The notes beneath the pieces were generated by a model, which had not been told where the DNA came from, searched no databases, and was given only the letters and a program-made list of their open reading frames with translations. Source: a bacterium BMS3Abin01 (GTDB lineage: Bacteria; Actinomycetota; Thermoleophilia; BMS3ABIN01). Taken from it: a DNA stretch of 64,000 nt. The stretch is from assembly GCA_002897715.1 (NCBI GenBank), contig BDUA01000045.1, positions 8,495 to 72,494 on the forward strand, written 5' to 3'. A program made the position numbers and the translations under genes. Shown here in pieces: positions 56,371 to 64,000 of the stretch; the stretch's first letter is position 1; the number at the start of each line of letters is the position of its first letter.

Positions 56371-57456
56371 TTGAGCAAAGCAGTCAAAGTAGCGGTCATC
56401 GGTGTAGGCAACTGCGCGTCGTCCCTGATACAGGGCGTCAATTATTATAAAAAGGCCAAGACCAGCGATACGGTCCCCGGCCTGATGCATGTGAACCTGG
56501 GCGGCTACCATATCCGTGACATCACGTTCGTCGCCGCCATCGATATCGACCGGAACAAGGTCGGCAAGGATCTCTCCGAAGCCATCTTCTCGCCTCCCAA
56601 CAACACGGTGAAGTTCGCCGACGTGCCCAAGACCGGCGTCAAGGTGGTGCGCGGCATGACCCACGACGGCATCGGCAAGTACATGGCGCCCATCATCAAG
56701 AAAGCGCCCGGCCCCACCGCCGATATCGTCGGCATCCTCAGGGAGACGGAGACCGACGTGGTGATCAACTATCTGCCGGTGGGCAGTGAAGAGGCCACCA
56801 AGTGGTATACGGAGCAGATCCTGACAGCGGGTTGCGCCATGGTCAACTGCATCCCCGTCTTCATCGGCCGCGAGGATTACTGGCAGGAACGCTTCCGCGA
56901 GAAGGGGCTGCCCATCATCGGCGACGACATCAAATCCCAGGTGGGCGCCACCATCGTCCACCGCACCCTCTCCAGCCTTATGCTGGACCGGGGGGTCCGT
57001 CTGGAAAGGACCAGCCAGCTCAACGTGGGCGGCAACTCTGACTTCATGAACATGCTGGAGCGAGGACGCCTGGAGAGCAAGAAGATATCCAAGACCAACG
57101 CTGTAACATCGCTGCTGGACTACGATATCGGCGCCGACAATGTGCATATCGGACCCAGCGACCACGTCCCCTGGCTGGAGGACCGCAAATGGGCCTATAT
57201 CCGTCTCGAGGGCCGCTCCTTCGGCGACGTTCCCCTGAATATCGAGCTGAAGCTGGAGGTGGTGGACTCCCCCAACTCCGCCGGTATCGTCATCGACGCT
57301 GTCCGTTGCGCCAAGCTGGCGCTGGACCGGGGCATATCGGGTACCCTGGAGGGCCCCTCGTCATACTTCATGAAATCACCGCCGGTTCAGCACCCGGACG
57401 ACATCTGCCGCAACATGACCGAGGAGTTCATCGCCGGAGAAGTTCCGGAAGAATAA
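56371..57456 (+). CDS. ino1: myo-inositol-1-phosphate synthase
   Basis: [51 protein letters not shown] and [11 protein letters not shown] are bacterial/archaeal MIPS motifs. TTG start with GGAGG upstream. Confidence 0.95.
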   Translation: MSKAVKVAVIGVGNCASSLIQGVNYYKKAKTSDTVPGLMHVNLGGYHIRDITFVAAIDIDRNKVGKDLSEAIFSPPNNTVKFADVPKTGVKVVRGMTHDGIGKYMAPIIKKAPGPTADIVGILRETETDVVINYLPVGSEEATKWYTEQILTAGCAMVNCIPVFIGREDYWQERFREKGLPIIGDDIKSQVGATIVHRTLSSLMLDRGVRLERTSQLNVGGNSDFMNMLERGRLESKKISKTNAVTSLLDYDIGADNVHIGPSDHVPWLEDRKWAYIRLEGRSFGDVPLNIELKLEVVDSPNSAGIVIDAVRCAKLALDRGISGTLEGPSSYFMKSPPVQHPDDICRNMTEEFIAGEVPEE

Positions 57457-57485
57457 CCCCCCGCCGTCAGCCATAGCAGCCCCTC

Positions 57486-57520
57486 CTCTTCCTGCCCGCG
57501 GACTCCGCCGGCAGGAAGAG
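57486..57520 (+). terminator. hairpin after ino1 (11-bp stem, no clear U-tract)
   Basis: CTCTTCCTGCC-13 nt-GGCAGGAAGAG. Confidence 0.4.
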
Positions 57521-57560
57521 TCACCTCCGCCGCGAATCTTGCGGGTAGCATCAGGTAAAT

Positions 57561-57580
57561 ATGCATATTCTAATATGCAT
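57561..57580. promoter_or_regulatory. AT-rich 9-bp-arm palindrome ATGCATATT-CT-AATATGCAT (candidate operator/promoter element)
   Basis: The palindrome is conspicuous in GC-rich surroundings. It ends 5 nt before the AGGAGG RBS and 16 nt before the ATG of the downstream Met-rich membrane protein. Confidence 0.4.
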
Positions 57581-57596
57581 TATCAAGGAGGCCGCC

Positions 57597-58079
57597 ATGG
57601 GCGCCAACAAGATCCTGTCAATCATTATCATAGTCGTCGGTCTGTTGTTGATCATTATGCCCTTCGGTTACCAGATGTTCGACCGGGCCTCGGCGGGTGC
57701 TGACATGATGGCTGATTTCGAGCCGGTGCTTACACGCGAAAACGTGGATACCTTCCAGGTCCACATGCAGACCTTCGCCGGCATGCAGGAGGACATGAAC
57801 AAGATGCTTCCCGCCTTCGCCCAGGCCATGGGCATGACCGAGGACCAGCTCAACCAGATGATCGGCGATCAGTTCCCGCAGCTGGCCAAGGGCATGCAGG
57901 AGATGGACCGGATGGGACAGGACTTCAATATGGTCGTCACCGTGATGGACAATAATGTGGAGAACTTTCAGAAGGCCAACGAACTGCCCATGAGGAATAT
58001 GCCCTGGTATTTCATCATCGCCGGCGCCGTCGTGGTGGCGCTGGGCACCGCCCAGCTGTTCGTCCCGGCAAAGAAGTAG
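57597..58079 (+). CDS. methionine-rich bitopic membrane protein, function unknown
   Basis: RBS AGGAGG. There are TM helices at both ends. The loop between them is rich in Met/Gln/Asp (GMQEDMNKM, AMGMTEDQLNQM, GMQEMDRMGQDFNM). By my count, 19 of 160 residues are Met. Confidence 0.6.
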   Translation: MGANKILSIIIIVVGLLLIIMPFGYQMFDRASAGADMMADFEPVLTRENVDTFQVHMQTFAGMQEDMNKMLPAFAQAMGMTEDQLNQMIGDQFPQLAKGMQEMDRMGQDFNMVVTVMDNNVENFQKANELPMRNMPWYFIIAGAVVVALGTAQLFVPAKK

Positions 58080-58119
58080 CCGCGAGCGCACACATGCGGT
58101 CCGGTGGGCTGCTTTTCAG

Positions 58120-58152
58120 GGGCGCCGCCTCCGGCGGCGCCCCTTTCTGTTG
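58120..58152 (+). terminator. intrinsic terminator
   Basis: GGGGCGCCGCC-tccg-GGCGGCGCCCC followed by TTTCTGTT, about 40 nt after the stop of the Met-rich protein gene. Confidence 0.6.
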
Positions 58153-58185
58153 CTCCGGCTGCTGCTTTTCGTTACTCTTTTAATC

Positions 58186-60117
58186 GTGGCAACCAGCAAC
58201 GAACAACTCAAGATCGGCATGGTCACCCCTTATGCCATGACCTCGCGCTGGGGAGTCAACCGGCACGTACGGGGATTGGCCAAAGCGCTGGAAGAGCGGG
58301 GCCATGAGGTATCCATAATCGCCCCCGCCGAAGAACGCAACACCGCCAGGACGGCGCGCCAGCGGGCGCGGTTGGCCAGGAGGGTGGCGCGGGACTCCGC
58401 CAGGACCGGCGCCTCCATGTATGTCCCCTCCGCGGAGGAGGACAACGAACCCGGACGCCTTTTCAAAATATCCGGCACCTTCCGGCTACCCTACAGCGAA
58501 TCCATCGCCAACCTGGCCCTGCCCAAGGACGTGACCGATCACCTTAACGAGCTGCTGGCCCGGGAGGACTTCGACATCCTGCACCTGCACGAGCCGTACC
58601 CGCCCAACCTGTCCTTTACGGCGTTACGACTGGCCCGTTGCCCGGTAGTGGCGACCTTCCATACAGCGGGGGAGCGCTTTCTCAGCTTCCAGCTGCTGCG
58701 GCCGGTAGTCGAGAGGTTCTTCTCGCGTCTGGATGGACGTATATGCACCTCGCAGAACACTCGCCGCATCGTATCCGGACATTTTCCCGGCGGATACCAG
58801 GTCATCGGCAGCGGCGTGGACACCGGTCTCTTCAGGCCCCGGGAGGACAACGGGGCAGCGATGCCGGCGCCCCTGGTCATGTATGCCGCCTGGGGGGAGC
58901 CCCGCAAGGCCCTGGCGCTCCTGTTCCGCAGCATGCGGCTCCTGCCGGATGACCTCCCACCCTTCCAGTTGGCCATGGTGGCCGGGGAACCCCTGCTGCG
59001 TAGCGGCAGAATGAGCATCCCCCGCCGGCTGAGAGACCGCGTGACCTTTACCGGCTATGCCAGTGGCAAGGAACTGCCCGGGTTCTACGGCAGATCCGAG
59101 ATTCTGTGTGCACCTTACGCTACGCCGGCACAGGCCACCGCGGCGCTGGAGGCCATGGCCGCCGCCAATGCCATGATACTGCCGGGGCAGGGGGGCATCC
59201 GCGAGCTGGTGCGGGAGGGAAGCGAAGGTATCCTGCTGGACCACCCCTATTCCTACAACCTCGCCGCCAGCCTTATCGATCTACTGGACGACAGGTCCCT
59301 GCGCCTCTCCCTGGGCCACTCCGCCGTGTCCCGAGCCCGGGATCTCTCGTGGGACGGGATCTCCGCGCAGGTCGAGGATGCCTATTCAAAGGCATACCGG
59401 CGGCGGCGGCATCCGGCGGCGCACAAGGCTATCGAGGCAACGGATCGGTGTGACACCATTCTGGCGGACCTGCACACCCATACCAGCCACTCGCCCGATT
59501 GCGCGGTGCGGCCGGAACAACTCCTGGAGGCATGCGAGGAGTGCGGTATCGAGGCGGTGGCCATCACCGACCACAACACCATCAGCGGCGCGCTGGAGAC
59601 GGCCGCCATAGCCCCTGAGGGCATGCATGTGATTGTCGGCGAGGAGATAAAGACCGTCTCCGGGGAGATCATAGGGCTCTATCTGAAAGAGGAGATCCCC
59701 AAAGGGCTGACCGCCGAAGAGACCATCGCCCGCATCAAACAGCAAGGGGGGCTGGTTTATATTCCCCACCCCTTCGATCCCCTGCACATGACACCGACCT
59801 ACGAGATGCTGGCACGCAACGCCGCCGATATCGACATCATCGAGGTATATAACCCTCGCATAACTTTTACATCTTTCAATGAGAAGGCGCGGCGGCTGGC
59901 ACGCAAGTACGGCATCCCCGGAGGCGCCGGCAGCGACTGCCATGTGGTTGAGGGCGTCGGCACCGCCATGCTTTCGCTCAACCGCTTTAACGGCCCGCTG
60001 GAGTTGCTGGCAAGTCTGAGACGGGCGGACATCATCCGCAGCAACAAGAGCCCGCTCTATCTCCATTCGATGAAACTATTGAAGAACAGCCGTTCTTCGG
60101 TGGAATCGAAAATCTGA
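58186..60117 (+). CDS. PimA-like GT4 glycosyltransferase fused to a C-terminal PHP-domain phosphoesterase
   Basis: The N-terminus LKIGMVTPYAMTSRWGVNRHVRGLAKALEERGHEV parallels mycobacterial PimA (MRIGMVCPY...GGVQSHV...GH.V). A GT-B C-domain follows. The last ~220 aa carry all PHP metal-ligand motifs: DLHTHTSHS, ITDHN, GEEI, IPHP and GSDCH. The start is uncertain: GTG 58186, ATG 58219, or the ORF-track TTG 58150, which lies inside the terminator. Confidence 0.8.
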   Translation: MATSNEQLKIGMVTPYAMTSRWGVNRHVRGLAKALEERGHEVSIIAPAEERNTARTARQRARLARRVARDSARTGASMYVPSAEEDNEPGRLFKISGTFRLPYSESIANLALPKDVTDHLNELLAREDFDILHLHEPYPPNLSFTALRLARCPVVATFHTAGERFLSFQLLRPVVERFFSRLDGRICTSQNTRRIVSGHFPGGYQVIGSGVDTGLFRPREDNGAAMPAPLVMYAAWGEPRKALALLFRSMRLLPDDLPPFQLAMVAGEPLLRSGRMSIPRRLRDRVTFTGYASGKELPGFYGRSEILCAPYATPAQATAALEAMAAANAMILPGQGGIRELVREGSEGILLDHPYSYNLAASLIDLLDDRSLRLSLGHSAVSRARDLSWDGISAQVEDAYSKAYRRRRHPAAHKAIEATDRCDTILADLHTHTSHSPDCAVRPEQLLEACEECGIEAVAITDHNTISGALETAAIAPEGMHVIVGEEIKTVSGEIIGLYLKEEIPKGLTAEETIARIKQQGGLVYIPHPFDPLHMTPTYEMLARNAADIDIIEVYNPRITFTSFNEKARRLARKYGIPGGAGSDCHVVEGVGTAMLSLNRFNGPLELLASLRRADIIRSNKSPLYLHSMKLLKNSRSSVESKI

Positions 60118-60121
60118 GCGG

Positions 60122-61681
60122 TCAAACCGCGGCCGCTTCTATATCGGCCTCCGGAATCCGGGTGCTGACCCGTCCCAGGGCCTTCAGAAACGCCTGCACC
60201 ACCAGGGGGTCGAACTGGGTGCCGCTGCAACGTTTGAGCTCCTCCACCGCCTGTTCGTCGTTCAGGGCTTTGCGGTAAGGCCTGTCGGCGGTCATCGCCT
60301 CGTAGGCATCGGCCACCGCGAGGGTCCTGGCGCCCGGGGGAATGGCTTCGCCCGAAAGCCCCCCGGGATAACCTTTGCCGTCATAGCGTTCGTGATGATG
60401 ACGCACGGCGGCTTTGATCGCCGATGAAATCTTGACCGGTTCCAGTATCTTGGCTCCCAGGCTGGCGTGCTTCTTCATCATCTTCCACTGGTCCGGGTCC
60501 AGCTGGCTGGGCTTGCCGAGAATCCGGTCGGAAATGCCGATCTTGCCCACATCGTGCAGGTAGCCGGCGAATCTGATCATCTCGACCTCTTTCTCGCTCA
60601 ACTCCAGTTGTCTGCTTATCATCACTGCATATTTGGCTACCCAGTCCGAGTGACCGCGAGTGGAGGGGTCTTTGGCGTCTATCGCCTCCGCCAGCGACCT
60701 GATGGTGCCGAGGAAGGTCTCTTCGAGGGCCTCGTGGGTGAATGCATGGGCCACGGCCTTCGCCCCGTGGTTGACTATTGTCTGGCAGATGGCGGTTTTT
60801 TCCGGGTTCAGGGGGCTCCGCTCCCATTTCCGCTGTTCACCGATGCACACCACCCCCACGGCCTTCCCGTCAACAACCAGGGGGTAGAGCAGCAGAGAAG
60901 ACGCTTCACCCATCATCCGGCGCTGCTGGTCGGATATGTCGCGCTCGGGAACCCGGCGGCGCCCTCCCACTATCACCGCCTCCCGGGTATCGATCGCCTT
61001 CTTGTGGTCGGGCAGATCCTCAAGCGACAGCGCCCTGCCTATGGACGGCTCCCAGTCCATTTCCCTCACCGGATAAGCCGCCACCACCCTCAGGTGGTCG
61101 CGTGTTTCATCCAGAAGCGAGATCCTGCAGAAAGTGGCTTCCGTGGCCTCGGCTATCCGCACCGCCAGTTCCTGCAGTACCTGGTCGAGCTTGAGCGAAG
61201 AGGAGACTGTGGTAGACACCGCCAGCATCAACTGCAGTCTCTGGGTTCGCTCCTTTTCCGCGTTGAGGGCCTTGTTCCTTTCCTCATTGATCTTGTAGTG
61301 GTACGTACTTAACCCTATCCCGGCCGCCAGGAACAGGGCGGCGTGACCCACCGCCTCGGTCACCAACTCCGTCATGTCGGCGCCGGGGACCACAAAGCTG
61401 GGGCCAACGGCCACGAGGTAGACGATGACGGAGAGGACGGACACCTCGACGGCGCTTCTCCAGGAAAGGTGCATGGCGGCGATGCCGATGGGTATGAAAT
61501 AGCCCAGGTAATAGATCTCCCGGGGCAGATGTGTGCGCACCAGCAGGACCTGGATGATACCCAGGGTCCCCAGTGTCAGGATTATGGTCAATACGGACGT
61601 GTGCCAGCTGTTTTTGCCTTTGCCGGCACCGGTAACACCCTCTGCCGGTGTGCGCGCCAACGAAAAGACCGCCTCGTTCAT
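60122..61681 (-). CDS. membrane-bound GAF plus HD-GYP domain protein (c-di-GMP phosphodiesterase family)
   Basis: RBS AAGGGAG before the ATG at 61681. N-terminal hydrophobic helices are followed by a GAF-like region. The HD-GYP motifs are YLHDVGKIGISD and HHHERYDGKGYPGGL. Confidence 0.85.
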   Translation of the reverse strand: MNEAVFSLARTPAEGVTGAGKGKNSWHTSVLTIILTLGTLGIIQVLLVRTHLPREIYYLGYFIPIGIAAMHLSWRSAVEVSVLSVIVYLVAVGPSFVVPGADMTELVTEAVGHAALFLAAGIGLSTYHYKINEERNKALNAEKERTQRLQLMLAVSTTVSSSLKLDQVLQELAVRIAEATEATFCRISLLDETRDHLRVVAAYPVREMDWEPSIGRALSLEDLPDHKKAIDTREAVIVGGRRRVPERDISDQQRRMMGEASSLLLYPLVVDGKAVGVVCIGEQRKWERSPLNPEKTAICQTIVNHGAKAVAHAFTHEALEETFLGTIRSLAEAIDAKDPSTRGHSDWVAKYAVMISRQLELSEKEVEMIRFAGYLHDVGKIGISDRILGKPSQLDPDQWKMMKKHASLGAKILEPVKISSAIKAAVRHHHERYDGKGYPGGLSGEAIPPGARTLAVADAYEAMTADRPYRKALNDEQAVEELKRCSGTQFDPLVVQAFLKALGRVSTRIPEADIEAAAV

Positions 61682-61851
61682 TGTGCTCCCTTTTCCCGCC
61701 CCTCGCGAGCTGGACAACTACCGCCGGTTATCCATTTACACAAAAAACCGCGTGCGCCACCGTTAATTTTCATCGGCAGGAGCCCTAACGGTCTTTACCC
61801 CACGGTTAACCCCCATGGCCAGCGGGTAATTAACAATAACGGCGGACAAGC

Positions 61852-63189
61852 ATGAAACCCTTCCCGGAGATCAGCCTCGGCTACAGAATGAAGCTTCACC
61901 ATAGAAAGATATCGCTTGCTGTTGTATCGATGGCCGCTCTGGCTGTGGCCCTGGTGCTGGCCGTACCCGGCTGCAATGGAGGCGGTGGCGGTACAGAGGC
62001 GGCGGTGGCAGGTAACCGGTTCGGCGTCTACAGCCCCGGCTCCCTCGCCGAGGTACCCACCAGCGCGGCGGCGGCGATGATCGGCGCGCTGGGACTGGAA
62101 TCGCTGGCGGATTACGAGGATTACTCCCTGGGGATAATGACGGACCTGGGGGTGGGCTGGGCCAGGATCGACTTCTCCTTCGACGGCTGGCGTTTCCATG
62201 AGCCGGGGCACCTGGAAGGAATGCGGCTACTGGGCATACAGGTGGTGGGAACGGCACGGCCGGTCAACAATTTCGCCCCCGGGGACCTGTCCCGTTTTCA
62301 GGAAGAACTCCGGCGTTTGATCCACCGTTATCCCTGGATACGGGCATGGCAGATAGGCAACGAGCCCAATGTGCACTGGGAGCCGGCGGACTACGCACGC
62401 CTTTTTACCGCGGGGCAACAGGTCGTCAGGGAGGAGTGCCCCGACTGCCTGGTGCTCCTGGCCGGCGTCGCGGCGCGTTTCCCCACGCCCGATGACGCCC
62501 TGGCCTATTATGATGATCTGCTCTCCAGCATTCAGGACGACCGGGCCTTCGATGTTTTCGACATGCACTATTACGGGCCGTCCGGCGCCGACGAGGAGAT
62601 GCTGGCGGCGCTGGAACGGTATCGCGAGCTACTGGCCGCCAGGGGCTTCGGCGACTCCACCGGTTTCTGGGTCACCGAGACGGCGACGACCGGCGGACCC
62701 GTGGCCCCCGCCGGCGTCCCCCTGCAAAGCGAGGAACAGCAGGCGGCCGAGCTGGTAAGACGCTTCACCACAATGCTGGCGGCCGGCGTCGACCGGGTCG
62801 CCTGGGCGAGACCATACGAGAACTACCGCTACCACGGTATCGAGAACGGTTATTACGATCACAACGCCATCATCTTCAACGGCCTGGGGGCGGAAGCCGG
62901 AATGGGAGTCGCCGCCGGCGCCACCAAGCAGGCCTACCGCGCCTACCGGGCCCTGATAGGCAGGGTGGATGGTTTCTCCTCCGCCCAGCGGTTGTCGCCG
63001 GGGTTTTACCGGTTCGGTTTCGATGACGGGCGCGCAGATGTTTTCGTTGTCTGGGATGCCGGCTCCGGCGCGCTGCCGGACCAGCTGCAGGGGACGGTGC
63101 TGGTTACGGACCTGGAGGGCGAACAGCGTCGGATGGACGCTGGTGCACTTGAGCCGGGAAGCGTGCCCGTCTTCGTGGAAAGGGTTTAG
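61852..63189 (+). CDS. lipoprotein, clan GH-A (TIM-barrel) glycoside-hydrolase-like
   Basis: The signal/lipobox is SLAVVSMAALAVALVLAVPGCNGG. AWQIGNEPN (acid/base Glu) and FWVTETA (nucleophile Glu) are spaced as in GH5/GH39-type enzymes. An alternative start is at 61888. Confidence 0.6.
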   Translation: MKPFPEISLGYRMKLHHRKISLAVVSMAALAVALVLAVPGCNGGGGGTEAAVAGNRFGVYSPGSLAEVPTSAAAAMIGALGLESLADYEDYSLGIMTDLGVGWARIDFSFDGWRFHEPGHLEGMRLLGIQVVGTARPVNNFAPGDLSRFQEELRRLIHRYPWIRAWQIGNEPNVHWEPADYARLFTAGQQVVREECPDCLVLLAGVAARFPTPDDALAYYDDLLSSIQDDRAFDVFDMHYYGPSGADEEMLAALERYRELLAARGFGDSTGFWVTETATTGGPVAPAGVPLQSEEQQAAELVRRFTTMLAAGVDRVAWARPYENYRYHGIENGYYDHNAIIFNGLGAEAGMGVAAGATKQAYRAYRALIGRVDGFSSAQRLSPGFYRFGFDDGRADVFVVWDAGSGALPDQLQGTVLVTDLEGEQRRMDAGALEPGSVPVFVERV

Positions 63190-63206
63190 GCGGCCTGGTT
63201 ATGTTC

Positions 63207-63283
63207 TGGTGGGCGTACCTGGATTCGAACCAGGGACCTCATCCTTATCAGAGATGCGCTCTAACCGACTGAGCTATACGCCC
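63207..63283 (-). tRNA. tRNA-Ile (anticodon GAU), CCA encoded
   Basis: The minus strand reads GGGCGUAUAGCUCAGUCGGUUAGAGCGCAUCUCUGAUAAGGAUGAGGUCCCUGGUUCGAAUCCAGGUACGCCCACCA. It forms a canonical cloverleaf with anticodon loop CUGAUAA. Confidence 0.95.
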
Positions 63284-63429
63284 ACGACCGCCACGGCGCC
63301 GCTGTAGTGTCCGGCTTGATAGTTTAGCCAAAGCGGGTACCCGCTTACAAGCCGGCGTCCGGACCCGGGCCGGCGCACCGGCCCGGGAGATGTTATTGTG
63401 ACTCTTTCAGGGAAAGAAAAAGCAGGCAA

Positions 63430-63458
63430 TTGGCAAGGGCTGTTCTCTCTTCTATAAT
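63430..63458 (+). promoter_or_regulatory. sigma-70-like promoter for the bifunctional nuclease gene
   Basis: TTGGCA (63430-63435), a 17-nt spacer, then TATAAT (63453-63458), 12 nt before the GTG start. Confidence 0.5.
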
Positions 63459-63470
63459 GGTGCTACAGGG

Positions 63471-63962
63471 GTGAGCAAGTTGAAAAAAATGGTCTTGTAC
63501 GGCATAAGTTTTGATGTAATCGGCAAGCAGCCGATTATCTTACTCAAAACGGCCGACGCCAACAAATTCCTTCCCATCTGGATAGGTCACCAGGAGGCCG
63601 CTGCCATCCTGATGAAGCTCCAGGGCACGGATCTGCCCAGACCCATGACCCACGACCTGATGACCTCCATCCTCTCCCGGCTGGACGCGGAGCTGCTCAA
63701 GGTCACCGTGACCGAGCTCAGGGAGAATACCTTCTACGCGCTGCTGACTCTGCGCCTGGCCTCGGGCGAGGTGGAGATCGATTCCCGTCCCAGCGACGCG
63801 CTGGCTTTGGCGGTCCGCACCGACGCTCCCATATTCGCCTCCGACCAGCTGGTGGAGGAGAACTCCATCGAGTTCGATCACGATGTCGAAGACGTTGAAG
63901 AAGTAGTGGAGCGGTTCCGCGATTTCCTGGATAACGTAGAGCCGGGGGACTTCAACGACTGA
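63471..63962 (+). CDS. bifunctional nuclease family protein (DUF151/BFN)
   Basis: GISFDVIGKQPIILLKTADANKFLPIWIGHQEAAAILMKLQG...PRPMTHDL...FYALLTL...IDSRPSDALALAVR is the BFN domain signature. An acidic tail follows. Confidence 0.85.
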   Translation: MSKLKKMVLYGISFDVIGKQPIILLKTADANKFLPIWIGHQEAAAILMKLQGTDLPRPMTHDLMTSILSRLDAELLKVTVTELRENTFYALLTLRLASGEVEIDSRPSDALALAVRTDAPIFASDQLVEENSIEFDHDVEDVEEVVERFRDFLDNVEPGDFND

Positions 63963-64000
63963 CCCTTTTCCGGCGCCGCCCCCTCACAGGCCTCTGAAGT

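Noticed and set aside
58150-58185. TTG start at 58150 for the GT4-PHP gene
   Set aside because: It lies within the U-tract of the preceding intrinsic terminator. It would add a hydrophobic MLRLLLFVTLLI peptide that PimA-type enzymes lack. The GTG at 58186 or the ATG at 58219 fits the family N-terminus better.

Overview
This is a high-GC bacterial chromosome segment. Spot counts on single 60-nt lines give about 60-65% GC in core genes. Gene order is typical of Actinomycetota: comF-hpf-secA-prfB, rplM-rpsI-glmM, glmS-acpS-nnr-alr, fhaA-fhaB-pstP-rodA-pbpA-pknB, and a pgsA1/ino1/pimA-like lipid module. I can support about 55 protein genes, two tRNAs (Leu-CAG and Ile-GAU, both with encoded CCA), one IS3-family insertion sequence plus an older IS3 relic, and several gene relics. 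Bases 1-10.5 kb are an accessory mosaic. It holds a pyruvoyl-type histidine decarboxylase with its antiporter, and two visibly AT-richer blocks (spot counts 40-42% GC) carrying TauE, an APC permease, and a GT2 plus radical-SAM/SPASM pair. It also holds a catalase relic, an FMN oxidoreductase and the IS elements. The rest is housekeeping: translation, secretion, cell-wall precursors, GDP-mannose supply, NAD salvage, c-di-GMP signalling and the Ser/Thr-kinase cell-wall operon. I found no CRISPR array, prophage or recognisable defence system. The observation I rate highest is a PimA-like GT4 fused to an intact PHP phosphoesterase domain, next to PI-phosphate synthase and inositol-1-phosphate synthase. 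It is a candidate for the PI-phosphate phosphatase step, which to my knowledge has no assigned enzyme. Other points worth a second look are a histidine-kinase relic at the position where actinobacteria usually carry mtrB, an active-looking kinase fused to a roughly 9-helix membrane domain upstream of fhaA, and repeated evidence of gene decay by internal deletion. All homology calls come from motif recognition by eye. No database or covariance-model searches were run.
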